Below are positions 9,484 to 19,633 of a stretch of 64,000 nt of DNA, piece after piece. This DNA is from Trueperaceae bacterium (lineage in GTDB: Bacteria > Deinococcota > Deinococci > Deinococcales > Trueperaceae): positions 2,240,001 to 2,304,000 of the forward strand of contig OZ243956.1 of the NCBI GenBank assembly GCA_965214405.1. The letters are read 5' to 3'. Below the pieces are notes generated by a model. It was not told the origin of the DNA. It saw nothing but the letters and a program-made list of their open reading frames with translations, and searched no databases. The stretch's first letter is position 1; the number at the start of each line of letters is the position of its first letter. Position numbers and translations under genes: made by a program.

Positions 9484-12121
9484 TAAGCGGCTGGGGGCCG
9501 TTCTTTTAGAACGCGGCTACGTGAGCGACGACAATTTGCAGCAAGCCATTGGCCGACACGCCGAGGTGGGCGGACGCCTGGGTGACATCTTAGTATCTAT
9601 CGGTATTTTATCCGAGCAGCGCATCGCTCGCGCCATCGAGGAATCCATCGGCATCCCGCTCGTCATGCTGCCCCGCGTCGAGGTCGCGGCCGAAGCGCTC
9701 GCCAAGGTGCCCGCCGACTTGGCGCAGGAGGTGGGGGCGCTGCCTTTTGCCTTGGAGGGTAACCGCCTGCGCGTCGCCTTTCACGATCCCCTGGACGCGC
9801 TCGCCATCGAAGAGATCGAAGACAGCTCGGACTGCATCGTCGAGCCTTATCAGGCTTTGGGGCGGGAGTTGCAGTGGGCGGTGGCGACCTACTACCCCGA
9901 ACTTGGGCTCGTGCCCCCCGCGGATTTTGAGGTTGATACCGACCAGCGGATTGGCACCCTGGCGGTCGAAAAGGGGTTACTGAGCGAGGCGGCGCTCCGG
10001 CAAGCCGTGGACGAACAGGGGCGCACAGGGGGACTTCTGGGCCGCATCCTCATCAAACAGGGCTCGCTTTCTGAAGAGGCGCTGGCGCAACTCCTGGCCG
10101 ACCAGGTGGGGATTCCCTTTGTCAAAACGCTTAGCGGCGCCCGGATCACCGAAAAGCTGGCGCTCACGCTCCTGCGGCTCGACGCGGTGCAGTTTAACGC
10201 GGTGCCCTACAAAGAAGAAGGTGAGCACCTGGTCATCGCCCTGGCCGACCCGCGCCGCATCCCCGACTTAGAGTCAATCATCCAGCGGTCCTTAGCCTTC
10301 GTCTGCGCGCCCGAGAGCGAGGTTCAAGCGCGCATCGAGACGATGTACGCGGGCGACAAGGGGCGCTTGGGCGAAACGCTCCTGCAAAGCAAGAAACTTA
10401 AGCGTGAGCAGCTTCGCAAGGCTTTAGAGGAGCAAAATAAGCTGGGCCGCGTCAAGCCCTTAGGCGAAATCCTCATGGATTTCGGTTACGTGACCCAGGG
10501 CGACGTGGACGACGCTCTGAACCGCCAGCGTTCGGGCGGGGGCCGTTTGGAAGACACGCTCGTCCAGTCGGGCAAAATCTCGCCCGAAATGCTCGCGCGA
10601 AGCCTCGCCATGCAGCTCGGTTACGAGTTTATCGAGGAGGGCAACACCAAGGTCGACCCCTACGCGGTCACGCTCGTACCCGAGGCCACCGTGCGGCGCT
10701 ACACCGCGATGCCGATACGGCTAGAAGACAACGTCTTGGTCGTCGCCATGAAAGACCCGCGGCACGTGTTCGCACTGGACGATATCAAGCTCATCACGGG
10801 CAAGGAGATTCAGCCCGCCGTCGCCACCGAGGAGACGCTCTCGAGGTTTATCGACCGCTTCTACCGCGGCGGCGAGGACATGGACGAACTCGCCAAGGCG
10901 GTCCTAGAAGAGGTCGGCTCCCAAACCAAGGAGAGCGAAACCGACAACTCCGCGATTGACGACAATGCGCTCGTCAAGGTCGTCAACAACATCATCCGCG
11001 AATCCGTCTTAAACGATATTTCGGACATTCACATCGAGCCGCGACCCAACAAGGTCGTCATCCGGGTTCGCAAAGACGGGACTTTACGCGAATACATGAC
11101 CATGCCCAAGGCGACCGCGAGCGCGATGGCCGCGCGCATCAAGATTATGGGCAACCTGAACATCGCCGAGCGCCGGATGCCGCAAGACGGGCGCGTGCGC
11201 TTCAAAGACAAAACGATGGAGGTCGACCTCCGTTTATCGACCTTACCCACCGTCTACGGCGAAAAGTCGGTCATGCGTATTCTCAAAAAGGCCGACAACA
11301 TCCCCGAGATCGAGCAGTTGGGTTTTGCCGACCACAACTTTCAGCGTTTTGAAGACGTGATTCATAAACCTTACGGGATGTTCCTGATTACCGGCCCCAC
11401 GGGTTCGGGCAAGTCATTCACGACGTTTTCCATCCTCAAACGCATCGCGGTGCCCGAGGTGAACGTCACGACGGTCGAGGACCCGGTCGAATACGAGATT
11501 CCAGGCATCAACCAGACGCAGGTCAACAACAAGGCGGGACTCGACTTTGCTCGAGCCCTACGCTCTTTCTTGCGTCAAGACCCCGACGTCATCATGGTCG
11601 GTGAGATTCGGGACACCGAGACCGCCAAGATTTCGGTCGAGGCGGCGCTCACGGGCCACTTGCTCATCGCCACCTTGCACACGAACGACGCCGCGGGCGC
11701 GGTGACGCGGCTTTCAGAAATGGGCATCGAGCCCTTCAATATTTCCGCCTCCCTCTTGGGCGTCCTCGCGCAGCGCCTCGTGCGGCGCGTCTGCAAAAAC
11801 TGCAAGGTCGAGTACACCCCCGAGCCCGACGTGCTGCGCCGCATCGGCTTGCCCGACGAGGCCATTAAAGACAAGACGCTCTTCCGCGGCGTCGGCTGCG
11901 AGAAGTGCAGCGGCAGCGGCTACAACGGGCGCTACGGCATTCACGAGCTTCTGGTGGTCAACGACGAGGTCGAGAACGCCATCGTCCGGGACAAGTCGGC
12001 GAGCGAAATCAAACAAATCGCCACCGCGAGCGGCATGAAGACCCTGCGCGACGACGGCATCCAAAAGGCGTTTCAGGGAATTACGACGCTCGAGGAAGTC
12101 CTGGCCCGCACCACAGATTAA
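9455..12121 (+). CDS. pilB: Type IV pilus assembly ATPase (PilB/PilF) with multiple MshEN/GSPII N-domains
   Basis: GPTGSGKS, EDPVEY, RQDPDVIMVGEIRD, CxxC zinc motifs; RLGxxL MshEN repeats. Confidence 0.93.
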   Translation: MTVAVLSIGDKRLGAVLLERGYVSDDNLQQAIGRHAEVGGRLGDILVSIGILSEQRIARAIEESIGIPLVMLPRVEVAAEALAKVPADLAQEVGALPFALEGNRLRVAFHDPLDALAIEEIEDSSDCIVEPYQALGRELQWAVATYYPELGLVPPADFEVDTDQRIGTLAVEKGLLSEAALRQAVDEQGRTGGLLGRILIKQGSLSEEALAQLLADQVGIPFVKTLSGARITEKLALTLLRLDAVQFNAVPYKEEGEHLVIALADPRRIPDLESIIQRSLAFVCAPESEVQARIETMYAGDKGRLGETLLQSKKLKREQLRKALEEQNKLGRVKPLGEILMDFGYVTQGDVDDALNRQRSGGGRLEDTLVQSGKISPEMLARSLAMQLGYEFIEEGNTKVDPYAVTLVPEATVRRYTAMPIRLEDNVLVVAMKDPRHVFALDDIKLITGKEIQPAVATEETLSRFIDRFYRGGEDMDELAKAVLEEVGSQTKESETDNSAIDDNALVKVVNNIIRESVLNDISDIHIEPRPNKVVIRVRKDGTLREYMTMPKATASAMAARIKIMGNLNIAERRMPQDGRVRFKDKTMEVDLRLSTLPTVYGEKSVMRILKKADNIPEIEQLGFADHNFQRFEDVIHKPYGMFLITGPTGSGKSFTTFSILKRIAVPEVNVTTVEDPVEYEIPGINQTQVNNKAGLDFARALRSFLRQDPDVIMVGEIRDTETAKISVEAALTGHLLIATLHTNDAAGAVTRLSEMGIEPFNISASLLGVLAQRLVRRVCKNCKVEYTPEPDVLRRIGLPDEAIKDKTLFRGVGCEKCSGSGYNGRYGIHELLVVNDEVENAIVRDKSASEIKQIATASGMKTLRDDGIQKAFQGITTLEEVLARTTD

Positions 12122-12328
12122 GTCCCGTGTAGAGCGCGAACTAGGGTGGGTTGAGCACCGTTCAGTGACGCTTCTAACCTCTCAATAAGCGCTTCAAGCC
12201 TTCCTACTTCTTGCTCCTTACTTCTTTCGTCCGGCCCCTCGAGAACCCCCTTGTCTACTTCAATAACTTCAATAGCACCCAGATAAACCAAGGCAAACCC
12301 ATCAGCCCCCCAAACCTTTAGGAGATTT

Positions 12329-13498
12329 ATGTCAGACCCAGGCAAAATGACCCAAGTCCAAGCCGACATCGTTGACCTCCTGCGCTTGTCCGTCGAGCGG
12401 CGCGCCTCGGACCTCATCATCACCGTGGGGCTTCCGCCGATGCTCCGTATCGACGGCGAGTGGCGACCCACCGAGCACGACCCGCTCTCGCCCAACCTAA
12501 CGAGGCGGCTCATGTACTCGATGATGGACGAGAAAAAGCAGCGCAACTTTGAAGAGGGCAAGGACCTAGACTTTTCCTTTGCGCTCTCGGGCTACGGGCG
12601 CTTCCGGGTCAACGCGTTTTTCCAGCGCGGCTCGGTTGGGGGCGTGTTGAGGACCATCTCCGAAGAGATTCTGGGCTTCGAGCGTATGGGTTTGCCCAAA
12701 GAGGTTGCGGACGTGGCGCGTCAGCCCAGGGGGCTCGTGCTCGTGACCGGGCCGACCGGCTCAGGTAAGTCGACCACCTTGGCGGCGATGATAGACCTCA
12801 TCAACAAGGGCTACAGCAAGCACATCGTCACGGTAGAAGACCCCATCGAGTTTTTTCACCAGCACAAACAGTCGGTCATCAACCAGCGCGAAATCGGCGA
12901 GGACACGCGCAACTTTGACCGCGCGCTCCGCTCGGTTTTGCGCCAAGCGCCCGACGTGATTTTAGTCGGCGAGATGCGCGACCACGAGACCATCGGGGCC
13001 GCCGTGACCGCCGCCGAAACGGGCCACCTGGTGATGGGCACGCTCCACACCAACTCGGCACCCGAGGCGGTGGACCGGATTATCGACGTGTTCCCCGAAG
13101 CGCAGCAGGCGCAGGTGCGGGTACAGTTGGCGAACAACTTGCAAGCCATTCTCACGCAGCAACTCGTCCCCAAGATGGGCGGCGGGCGCGTGTTGGCCTA
13201 CGAATTTTTGATCGCCACGCCCGCCATCCGCAACCTTATCCGCGAGGGCAAGACGCACCAGATTCTGTCGGCCATCCAGATGGGCGGTCAGCTCGGCATG
13301 GTCACGATGGACGCTAACTTGGCAAGTTTGCACCTCACGCGCAAGATTTCTTATGAGGTGGGGCTCGAGCGCTCGGTAGACGCCAAAGAGTTTTCCCGCT
13401 TGGTCGAGGCGGGCGGCGGGAGTCACGTGAGCGCGCCGCGCGTTTCGCAGCCGCCCCCCACACCCGGCGGCGTTGGTCGCACCGGGCGTGGTACGTAA
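12329..13498 (+). CDS. pilT: Type IV pilus retraction ATPase PilT
   Basis: GPTGSGKSTT, AAETGHLV, TLHT, AIRNLIRE motif. Confidence 0.95.
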   Translation: MSDPGKMTQVQADIVDLLRLSVERRASDLIITVGLPPMLRIDGEWRPTEHDPLSPNLTRRLMYSMMDEKKQRNFEEGKDLDFSFALSGYGRFRVNAFFQRGSVGGVLRTISEEILGFERMGLPKEVADVARQPRGLVLVTGPTGSGKSTTLAAMIDLINKGYSKHIVTVEDPIEFFHQHKQSVINQREIGEDTRNFDRALRSVLRQAPDVILVGEMRDHETIGAAVTAAETGHLVMGTLHTNSAPEAVDRIIDVFPEAQQAQVRVQLANNLQAILTQQLVPKMGGGRVLAYEFLIATPAIRNLIREGKTHQILSAIQMGGQLGMVTMDANLASLHLTRKISYEVGLERSVDAKEFSRLVEAGGGSHVSAPRVSQPPPTPGGVGRTGRGT

Positions 13499-13618
13499 CG
13501 TAGTACATCGCGTAGTACATCACTAGCGTCAGTCGGTAGCTTTGGGACGGACTGGCGAACCAGGGAGACAAGATCCAGGGAGACAAGATGAGGTGCAGAG
13601 AAGGTCAATATCTCCCTG
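13499..13618. repeat. Short tandem duplications and hairpin downstream of pilT
   Basis: CGTAGTACATC x2 (13499, 13511); CCAGGGAGACAAGAT x2 (13560, 13575) with complement TCTCCCTG at 13611. Confidence 0.6.
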
Positions 13619-13885
13619 TCTCCTCTACACCCCTGCAAACTTTGGTATGTATTCTTTCACAAAGCAGATACGTGGAGGGCGACTTTCGCGTTCCAAACAT
13701 CTTAGGGATGCGAGAAAGAACAGGTCACACAAGTTTGTAACACGATGTACTTTTTGAGAACCCCCGAAGTCTACACAATGGAGGGGTGATCGTAGCGACT
13801 GAGAAGGCAGCGCGTGGACAGTGGGTTCGCGGGCTCTAGCCGCACGCTCGGCACCCTTCGTAAACTCATGAAATGGGGGACCCAT

Positions 13886-14623
13886 ATGGCCTCAGACAAT
13901 ACAAAAAAGAACACGGGAACAGGCTCAACCGGTAGCGCGTCCCAGAGTGGCGCGTCAGCAGGTAGCAGCTCGTCAAGTAGTCAATCAAGCAACCAGTCCA
14001 ACCAACAAAAAGCGCAAAACGCCGCAAATGACGCTAAGCAAAAGGCGCAGAGCGCAGCCGACGACGCGAAAAATAAAGCGCAGAGTGCGGCGAGCGATGT
14101 GAGAGACAGCGCCAAGCAAGAAGCCGGGAACGTTAGAGACAGAGTTGCCAGCGAGGCCAAGGGCCTGCGCGACCGCGCCCAAGAAACGCTCCAGTCTACC
14201 GTTGCGGGGCAAAAAGACCGCGCCGCCGACGAACTAAGCGGCGTGGCCGAAGTGATTCGCAAAGCGGGCTCGGACATGCGCGACCAGGATTACGGGGGCG
14301 TCGCTGGCTACGTTGACCAGTTGGCCGACAGGGTGGAGGGTGCGGCTGACTACCTAAAGCAGCAAGACGTGGGCGATTTTATTCACGGCCTCGAGCGCTA
14401 CGCCAAGCGCGAACCCGCCATCTTTATCGGCGGCGCGGTCGCGGTCGGCGTTATCGCCGCGCGGTTTCTCAAAAGCTCAGGGGAGCGCAGCCGCCGGAGT
14501 GGTCGCCAAAGCAGCGGCCAGAGTTATGGTCAGACCAGCAGTAAAGGTTACGGCCAAGTCGGCAGCCGGAGCTACGGTCAAACTGAAAGCACCTCACCCT
14601 ACGAAAGCGGCTCATCCTACTAG
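13886..14623 (+). CDS. Hydrophilic LEA-like/general stress protein with C-terminal membrane anchor
   Basis: 11-mer KAQxAAxDAKx repeats, S/Q-rich ends, 'REPAIFIGGAVAVGVIAARFLK' YqjD/ElaB-like tail. Confidence 0.7.
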   Translation: MASDNTKKNTGTGSTGSASQSGASAGSSSSSSQSSNQSNQQKAQNAANDAKQKAQSAADDAKNKAQSAASDVRDSAKQEAGNVRDRVASEAKGLRDRAQETLQSTVAGQKDRAADELSGVAEVIRKAGSDMRDQDYGGVAGYVDQLADRVEGAADYLKQQDVGDFIHGLERYAKREPAIFIGGAVAVGVIAARFLKSSGERSRRSGRQSSGQSYGQTSSKGYGQVGSRSYGQTESTSPYESGSSY

Positions 14624-14702
14624 GGATTGGCCCTAAGCAGCCGCGACTCGGCAGAGGCGCAAACGTAAACGCCTTTGCCGCGACGGCTGGAAAGGTACGA
14701 AT

Positions 14703-15824
14703 ATGACCTACTCCACAAGAGGCGTCAGCGGTAGAAACAGTGGTCGAAACGCCGATGACAGATTCGGAAATAGAGACTTCGGAAACAGCGAAGAGAGTTT
14801 TATTGACACCATCCGCGAGAACCCCATATCCGTGGCGCTCATTGGCGCGGGTCTGGGTTTACTTATCGCGGGTAGCATCAACGCGAGCCGTTCGCACGAA
14901 GACGATGACAGCTATGACTATTACCCCAGCACCTCCCCCTCGAGCGGGGTGGCGGGGTCTTACTCGAGCCCCTACACAAGCTCACCCTATACGACAGGGG
15001 CGGGGTCGCGGTACGGCTCGAGAAATACATCTACGTACGGAACCCAGTACGGGAGCCGGTACGGCACAGGATCCAGTACGCGGTATGACGCGCAAAGGAA
15101 TCCTGGGTCTGGCAGGATGTCGTCGGGGTTAGGTTCCGGGACTTCAGGCACGGCCTCTGATGCCAAGGACGCGGCTCAAAATGCAGGTGAGAACTTGCGC
15201 AACCGGGCAGACCAGCTTGGCGGTCAGGCGCGCGAGCAGGCTGAGAGGACGCGTGAAAGCGCCCGTTACGAGGCGCGCCGGGCGCGGCGGGGCTTGAGTC
15301 GTGCGATGGACGAAAACCCGCTCGCCGTCGGCGCGGTCGCGGCGCTCGCGGGCGCGGCGGTGGGGCTCCTCATCCCCAACAGCGAAGTCGAAAATGAGCT
15401 TATGGGCGACACCCGCGACACGGTCATGCACCGCGCCCAGGACCTCGCCAAAGAAGCGCAAAGTGCGGCCACCCACGTGGCGAAAGACGCCCTCAACACC
15501 GCCAAAGAAGAAGCCCAGAAACAGGGCCTGACCGTCCAGGGCTTGCGCGAAGACCTGCAAGACAAGGTCGAAAAAGGCAAACAGGTCGCTCAAAAGGCCG
15601 CCGAAGAGGCCAAGCAAACCGCCAAGCAAGAAGCGCAGGGGAGCAAAGAAAAAGCCCAAGACGCCGCCGAGGACGTGAAGCAAACGGCCAAAGAGGACGC
15701 CAGCAAAGCGCAGGACAAGGCGCAACAGGCCGCCAAAGACGCGACGAGCCAGAGCAGTAGCAACCAGAGCAGCCAGAACAAGGGACAGAACACGCAGAGC
15801 GACCAGAACAAGAGCGGAAGCTAG
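14703..15824 (+). CDS. LEA-like stress protein (DUF3618/YtxH-like)
   Basis: Two 'ENP..(A/L)..G' hydrophobic segments; A/K/Q/E/D-rich 11-mer repeats. Confidence 0.7.
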   Translation: MTYSTRGVSGRNSGRNADDRFGNRDFGNSEESFIDTIRENPISVALIGAGLGLLIAGSINASRSHEDDDSYDYYPSTSPSSGVAGSYSSPYTSSPYTTGAGSRYGSRNTSTYGTQYGSRYGTGSSTRYDAQRNPGSGRMSSGLGSGTSGTASDAKDAAQNAGENLRNRADQLGGQAREQAERTRESARYEARRARRGLSRAMDENPLAVGAVAALAGAAVGLLIPNSEVENELMGDTRDTVMHRAQDLAKEAQSAATHVAKDALNTAKEEAQKQGLTVQGLREDLQDKVEKGKQVAQKAAEEAKQTAKQEAQGSKEKAQDAAEDVKQTAKEDASKAQDKAQQAAKDATSQSSSNQSSQNKGQNTQSDQNKSGS

Positions 15825-16742
15825 GGTCTGTCTGACTAATCAAAGCCAGAGGATGATGGAGGCGAGGAGCACACCAGCACGGTAGTTTCTGCCGCGTTTG
15901 TCGTAGCGGGTGGCAACGGCGCGAAAGTCTTTAAGTCGGTTGATGCAGCGTTCGACCACGTTACGTCCTTTGTAGGCTTGCTTATCGAAAGCAGGAGGTC
16001 GTCCACCTTTTGTGCCCTTAGACAAGCGAGACTTCTTGGCATCTTCGCGCTCGGGGCTGATACAGATGATGCCCCTGCGCCTTAGTATCTTCCGCTGCTT
16101 GTTGAAACCATAAGCGCGGTCGAGTCTAAGCTGAGGGGGGCGCTTACGCGGTCGCCCTCTGCCAAGGCGGGGCACATAAATCTCGTCCAAGACCGGCTCT
16201 AGCCAAGCGGCGTCGTTGCGCTGTCCCGCCGTGATGACCACGGACAGGGGTCGCACTTTGCCGTCCGCGCAGGTATGCACCTTGCTGGTGTGGCCTCCGC
16301 GTGAGTGTCCCAGCCACTCGTCTGCTAAGGTCCCCTTTTTTCACCCTCAGCAGGCCGCTTCCTCGCCCCGCTGGCGCTGCGGTGCGCTTTAATATGAGAG
16401 CTGTCTAACGCTGCGCCGTCCCAATCAATCTCACCCGCCGCATCGGCGTGAGCTTGAAGCCTGTGCAGGATGCGCTTCCAGACACCGTTGCGCTCCCACC
16501 TCGTGAAGCGGTCCCAGCAGGTCTGCCAAGGTCCGTAGCGTTCAGGAACGTCGCGCCAGGGAGCGCCTGTTTTCAAGCGCCACGAAATGCCGTTGATGAC
16601 CTGTCGGTGGTTGCGGTAGTTGTGACCCCGTTGGGGATTGGGGGGTAGATGCGGTTTTAGTGCTTGCCACTGCTGCTCTTTTAGGTCTGTTCGTGCCATA
16701 CGCCTACCCTAAACCATCTTCATCCCTTCTGTCAGACAGACC
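15825..16742 (-). mobile_element. IS5-family insertion sequence, copy 1
   Basis: TIRs GGTCTGTCTGAC / GTCAGACAGACC flanked by CTAG on both sides; split transposase. Confidence 0.93.
15840..16699 (-). CDS. IS5 transposase, OrfA 16325-16699 plus OrfB joined by a probable -1 frameshift
   Basis: [13 protein letters not shown] (DUF4096-type N-terminus), [30 protein letters not shown]; slippery GAAAAAAGGGG near 16330-16345. Confidence 0.9.
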
Positions 16743-16802
16743 CTAGCGCAAAGATACTTTGAAAAGCTAGAGGGTTCCCGTGACGCTGCGGGACCGCTGA
16801 AA

Positions 16803-16835
16803 GAGAAGGCGCGAGGAGAACCTCGCGTCTTTTTC
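16803..16835 (+). terminator. Intrinsic terminator, probably the original terminator of the LEA-like genes
   Basis: AGGCGCGAGG-AGAA-CCTCGCGTCT followed by TTTT. Confidence 0.6.
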
Positions 16836-17023
16836 GTGTTTTGTCAGCGCCACACTCTTCCAGCATCCGGGACATTAGCCAGTAAGAGGAATGACAAACT
16901 ACCTCGAGCCCTCCACAAGAGCGCGTGGGGAGAGTATGCTGGCAACTACTTTCGTCAGGTTTGCAGGAGCGCGGGATTACAGGATTTACAAAACCGCGTG
17001 ACTGGAAGAGCAAAGGAGCAGTG

Positions 17024-18847
17024 ATGACCCAAACACAGTCTCTCCCCCACTGGCAGTTGGAATCCATCTTCCCCAGCTTCGACGCCCCCGCCTTTGAAGA
17101 GGCCAAAACGGAACTTACCGGCGGCGTGCAGGCGCTCGAGGCGTTCATGGACGCTGCAAACATCCGCAAGCAGGAGAACGCGAAGGTTGACGAGGCTGCG
17201 GTTAAAACGTTTGACAGTCTCGTAGGAAAGCTCAACCACCTCTACACGAACTTAAGCGACGTGCGCGTGTTCATCTACGGTTTTGTCTCAACCGACGCGT
17301 TTAACGAGAGGGCGCAGGCGGAACTCTCGAGCCTGCAACCCCTAAGCAGCAAGCTGGGCTTTCTCGCCACCCGCGCGACCGCCTGGGTGGGCGGCTTTGA
17401 GGCGGAGGCGCTTATCGGGGCGTCGGGGACGGCAAGGGCGCACGCCCACTGGGTACGGCGGAGCTTGGTGGACGCGGCGCACCTCATGGGTGACGAGGCC
17501 GAGGAGCTTTTGTCAGGCCTAAACCCGAGCGCGGGCGGGGCCTGGGGCAAATTGCACGGCGACCTCATCAGCCGCCACAGCGTCCGCGCGGCCTTGCCCG
17601 GACGCGACGAAACGGACTACACCGTCGCCGAACTCAAAACGCTCCAGAGCGACGCGGACGCGGAGGTGCGTAAAGCGGCGTATGAGGTGGAGCTGAGGCT
17701 ATTGGAGAGAGACGCCGTCTCCTACGCAGCGGCGCTGAACAGCATCAAAGGACAGGTCAACGAGGTAAGTACCCGCCGCGGCTGGGCGAGCGCCTTGGAC
17801 GAGGCGCTTTTTGGCAACGCGATAACAAAGGCGAGTTTGGAGGCCATGCAGACGGCTTGCACGGACTCTTTTCCGGTGTTCCGGCGCTACCTCAAGGCCA
17901 AGGCCAAGTTTCTGGGCAAAACGAGCCTCGCCTGGTACGACCTTCAGGCCCCGGTCAATGCGGGGGAGGAGACGCGCTACGGCTGGGACGAGGCCAAGGC
18001 GTTCGTCGTCAAAAATTTTCGCTCATACTCAGACGACCTCTCCGACTTCGCCCGGATGACCTTTGATAGAGGCTGGTTTGATGTGCCGCCGCGCAAGGGC
18101 AAGCGCAACGGCGCGTTTTGCATGGGCGCGCCGGGAGTGCAGGAGTCGCGGGTGATGCTCAATTTCGGCGGCACCTTAGACGACATCTTCACCGTCGCGC
18201 ACGAACTCGGTCACGCCTACCACAATGCCTGCAAATACGCCTTTGACCGGACACTCTTGCAGGGCAGCACGCCGATGACCTTGGCCGAGACCGCGAGCAT
18301 CTTTTGCGAGACGATTGTCGTCAACGCGATGTTGGAAGGGGCCGACGACGCGGCCAAGCTGGCGGTGTTGGAGCAAGACCTTTTGGGCGCGACGCAGTTG
18401 GTGGTGGACATCCACTCGAGGTTCCTGTTCGAAAAAACCGTCTTCGACAAACGCAAAGCGCGCGAACTCTCGGTGGACGAACTCAAAGGAATCATGCTTG
18501 ACGCGCAGGCGCAGACCTACGGCGAGGCGTTAGACGCGGACGCGCGGCACCCTTACATGTGGGCGCAAAAAGGGCATTACTACAGCGCCGGGCGGAGCTA
18601 CTACAATTTTCCCTACACCTTTGGCTACCTTTTCGGTCTAGGACTTTACGCCACCTATCAGGCGGAGCCGAAGGGCTTTAGGGCGCGCTACGACGAGCTT
18701 CTGGCGAGCACCGGCATGAGTGATGCGGCGAGCTTGGCAAAAGGGTTTGGGATCGACATCGAGGACCCGGAGTTCTGGCGCTCGAGCCTGAAGATAGCCG
18801 AAGCGCGGGTGGAAACGTTTGAAGAGCTTGTCGAGGCGCGTGTGTGA
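17024..18847 (+). CDS. pepF: M3B oligoendopeptidase F
   Basis: HELGHAYH zinc motif, GKRNGAFC, AETAS, YYNFPYTFG; RBS AAGGAG. Confidence 0.9.
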   Translation: MTQTQSLPHWQLESIFPSFDAPAFEEAKTELTGGVQALEAFMDAANIRKQENAKVDEAAVKTFDSLVGKLNHLYTNLSDVRVFIYGFVSTDAFNERAQAELSSLQPLSSKLGFLATRATAWVGGFEAEALIGASGTARAHAHWVRRSLVDAAHLMGDEAEELLSGLNPSAGGAWGKLHGDLISRHSVRAALPGRDETDYTVAELKTLQSDADAEVRKAAYEVELRLLERDAVSYAAALNSIKGQVNEVSTRRGWASALDEALFGNAITKASLEAMQTACTDSFPVFRRYLKAKAKFLGKTSLAWYDLQAPVNAGEETRYGWDEAKAFVVKNFRSYSDDLSDFARMTFDRGWFDVPPRKGKRNGAFCMGAPGVQESRVMLNFGGTLDDIFTVAHELGHAYHNACKYAFDRTLLQGSTPMTLAETASIFCETIVVNAMLEGADDAAKLAVLEQDLLGATQLVVDIHSRFLFEKTVFDKRKARELSVDELKGIMLDAQAQTYGEALDADARHPYMWAQKGHYYSAGRSYYNFPYTFGYLFGLGLYATYQAEPKGFRARYDELLASTGMSDAASLAKGFGIDIEDPEFWRSSLKIAEARVETFEELVEARV

Positions 18848-19626
18848 ACTACCGCGAGCTTTTCAGCCTGCGCGGCAAAGGGGCGCTCGTCGTCGGGGCG
18901 GGCTCGGGCATCGGCGCGGCGGCGGCGCGGGGGTTGGCGGCCTTTGGCGCGGCGGTCGTATGTGCGGATTTGAATGGTGACGCTGCCCAAAACACGTGTG
19001 ACGCCATCCAAGAGGAGGGGGGTGAGGCTCGAGCCGCCACCATTGACATCACCAACGCTGAGAACATTAAAGAAGTCGTGGACAGTATAGAAAGTTCTCT
19101 CGACGTGCTCGTCTGTACGCCTTCGGTTAATGTGCGGAAGGCGGTGCTCGAGTACACCGAAGCCGACTTTGACAAGGTGGTGGACCTCAACCTCAAAGGC
19201 AGTTTTTTTGCGATGCAGGCCGCGGGGCGGCGCATGGCCGAGGCGGGGGGCGGGAGCATCGTCCTTTTTTCGTCCATTCGCGCGCAAGTGGTTGAGCCGG
19301 GGCAGGGCGTCTACGCGGCGACGAAGGCGGGCACCGTGCAGATGGTCCGGGCGCTCGCGGCGGAGCTTGGGCCTAGAGGCGTTCGTGCCAACGCTATTGC
19401 ACCGGGTGTGGTCGAAACCCCCCTGACCGCGCCCATCAAGAGTAAGCCCGACTGGTACGACGCCTACGCCAAAAAGAGCGTGCTGGGCCGCTGGGCGGGT
19501 CCCGACGAACTGGTGGGCGCGGTGGTCTATCTCGCTTCGGACGCCGCTTCGTTTGTTACGGGCTCGCTGCTGATGGTGGATGGCGGCTGGACTGCAGTGG
19601 ATGGGCGCTTCACGCCGCCCTTGTGA
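18844..19626 (+). CDS. Short-chain dehydrogenase/reductase
   Basis: GAGSGIG, YAATK, NAIAPG, VDGGW. Confidence 0.92.
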   Translation: MNYRELFSLRGKGALVVGAGSGIGAAAARGLAAFGAAVVCADLNGDAAQNTCDAIQEEGGEARAATIDITNAENIKEVVDSIESSLDVLVCTPSVNVRKAVLEYTEADFDKVVDLNLKGSFFAMQAAGRRMAEAGGGSIVLFSSIRAQVVEPGQGVYAATKAGTVQMVRALAAELGPRGVRANAIAPGVVETPLTAPIKSKPDWYDAYAKKSVLGRWAGPDELVGAVVYLASDAASFVTGSLLMVDGGWTAVDGRFTPPL

Positions 19627-19633
19627 ATATAAA

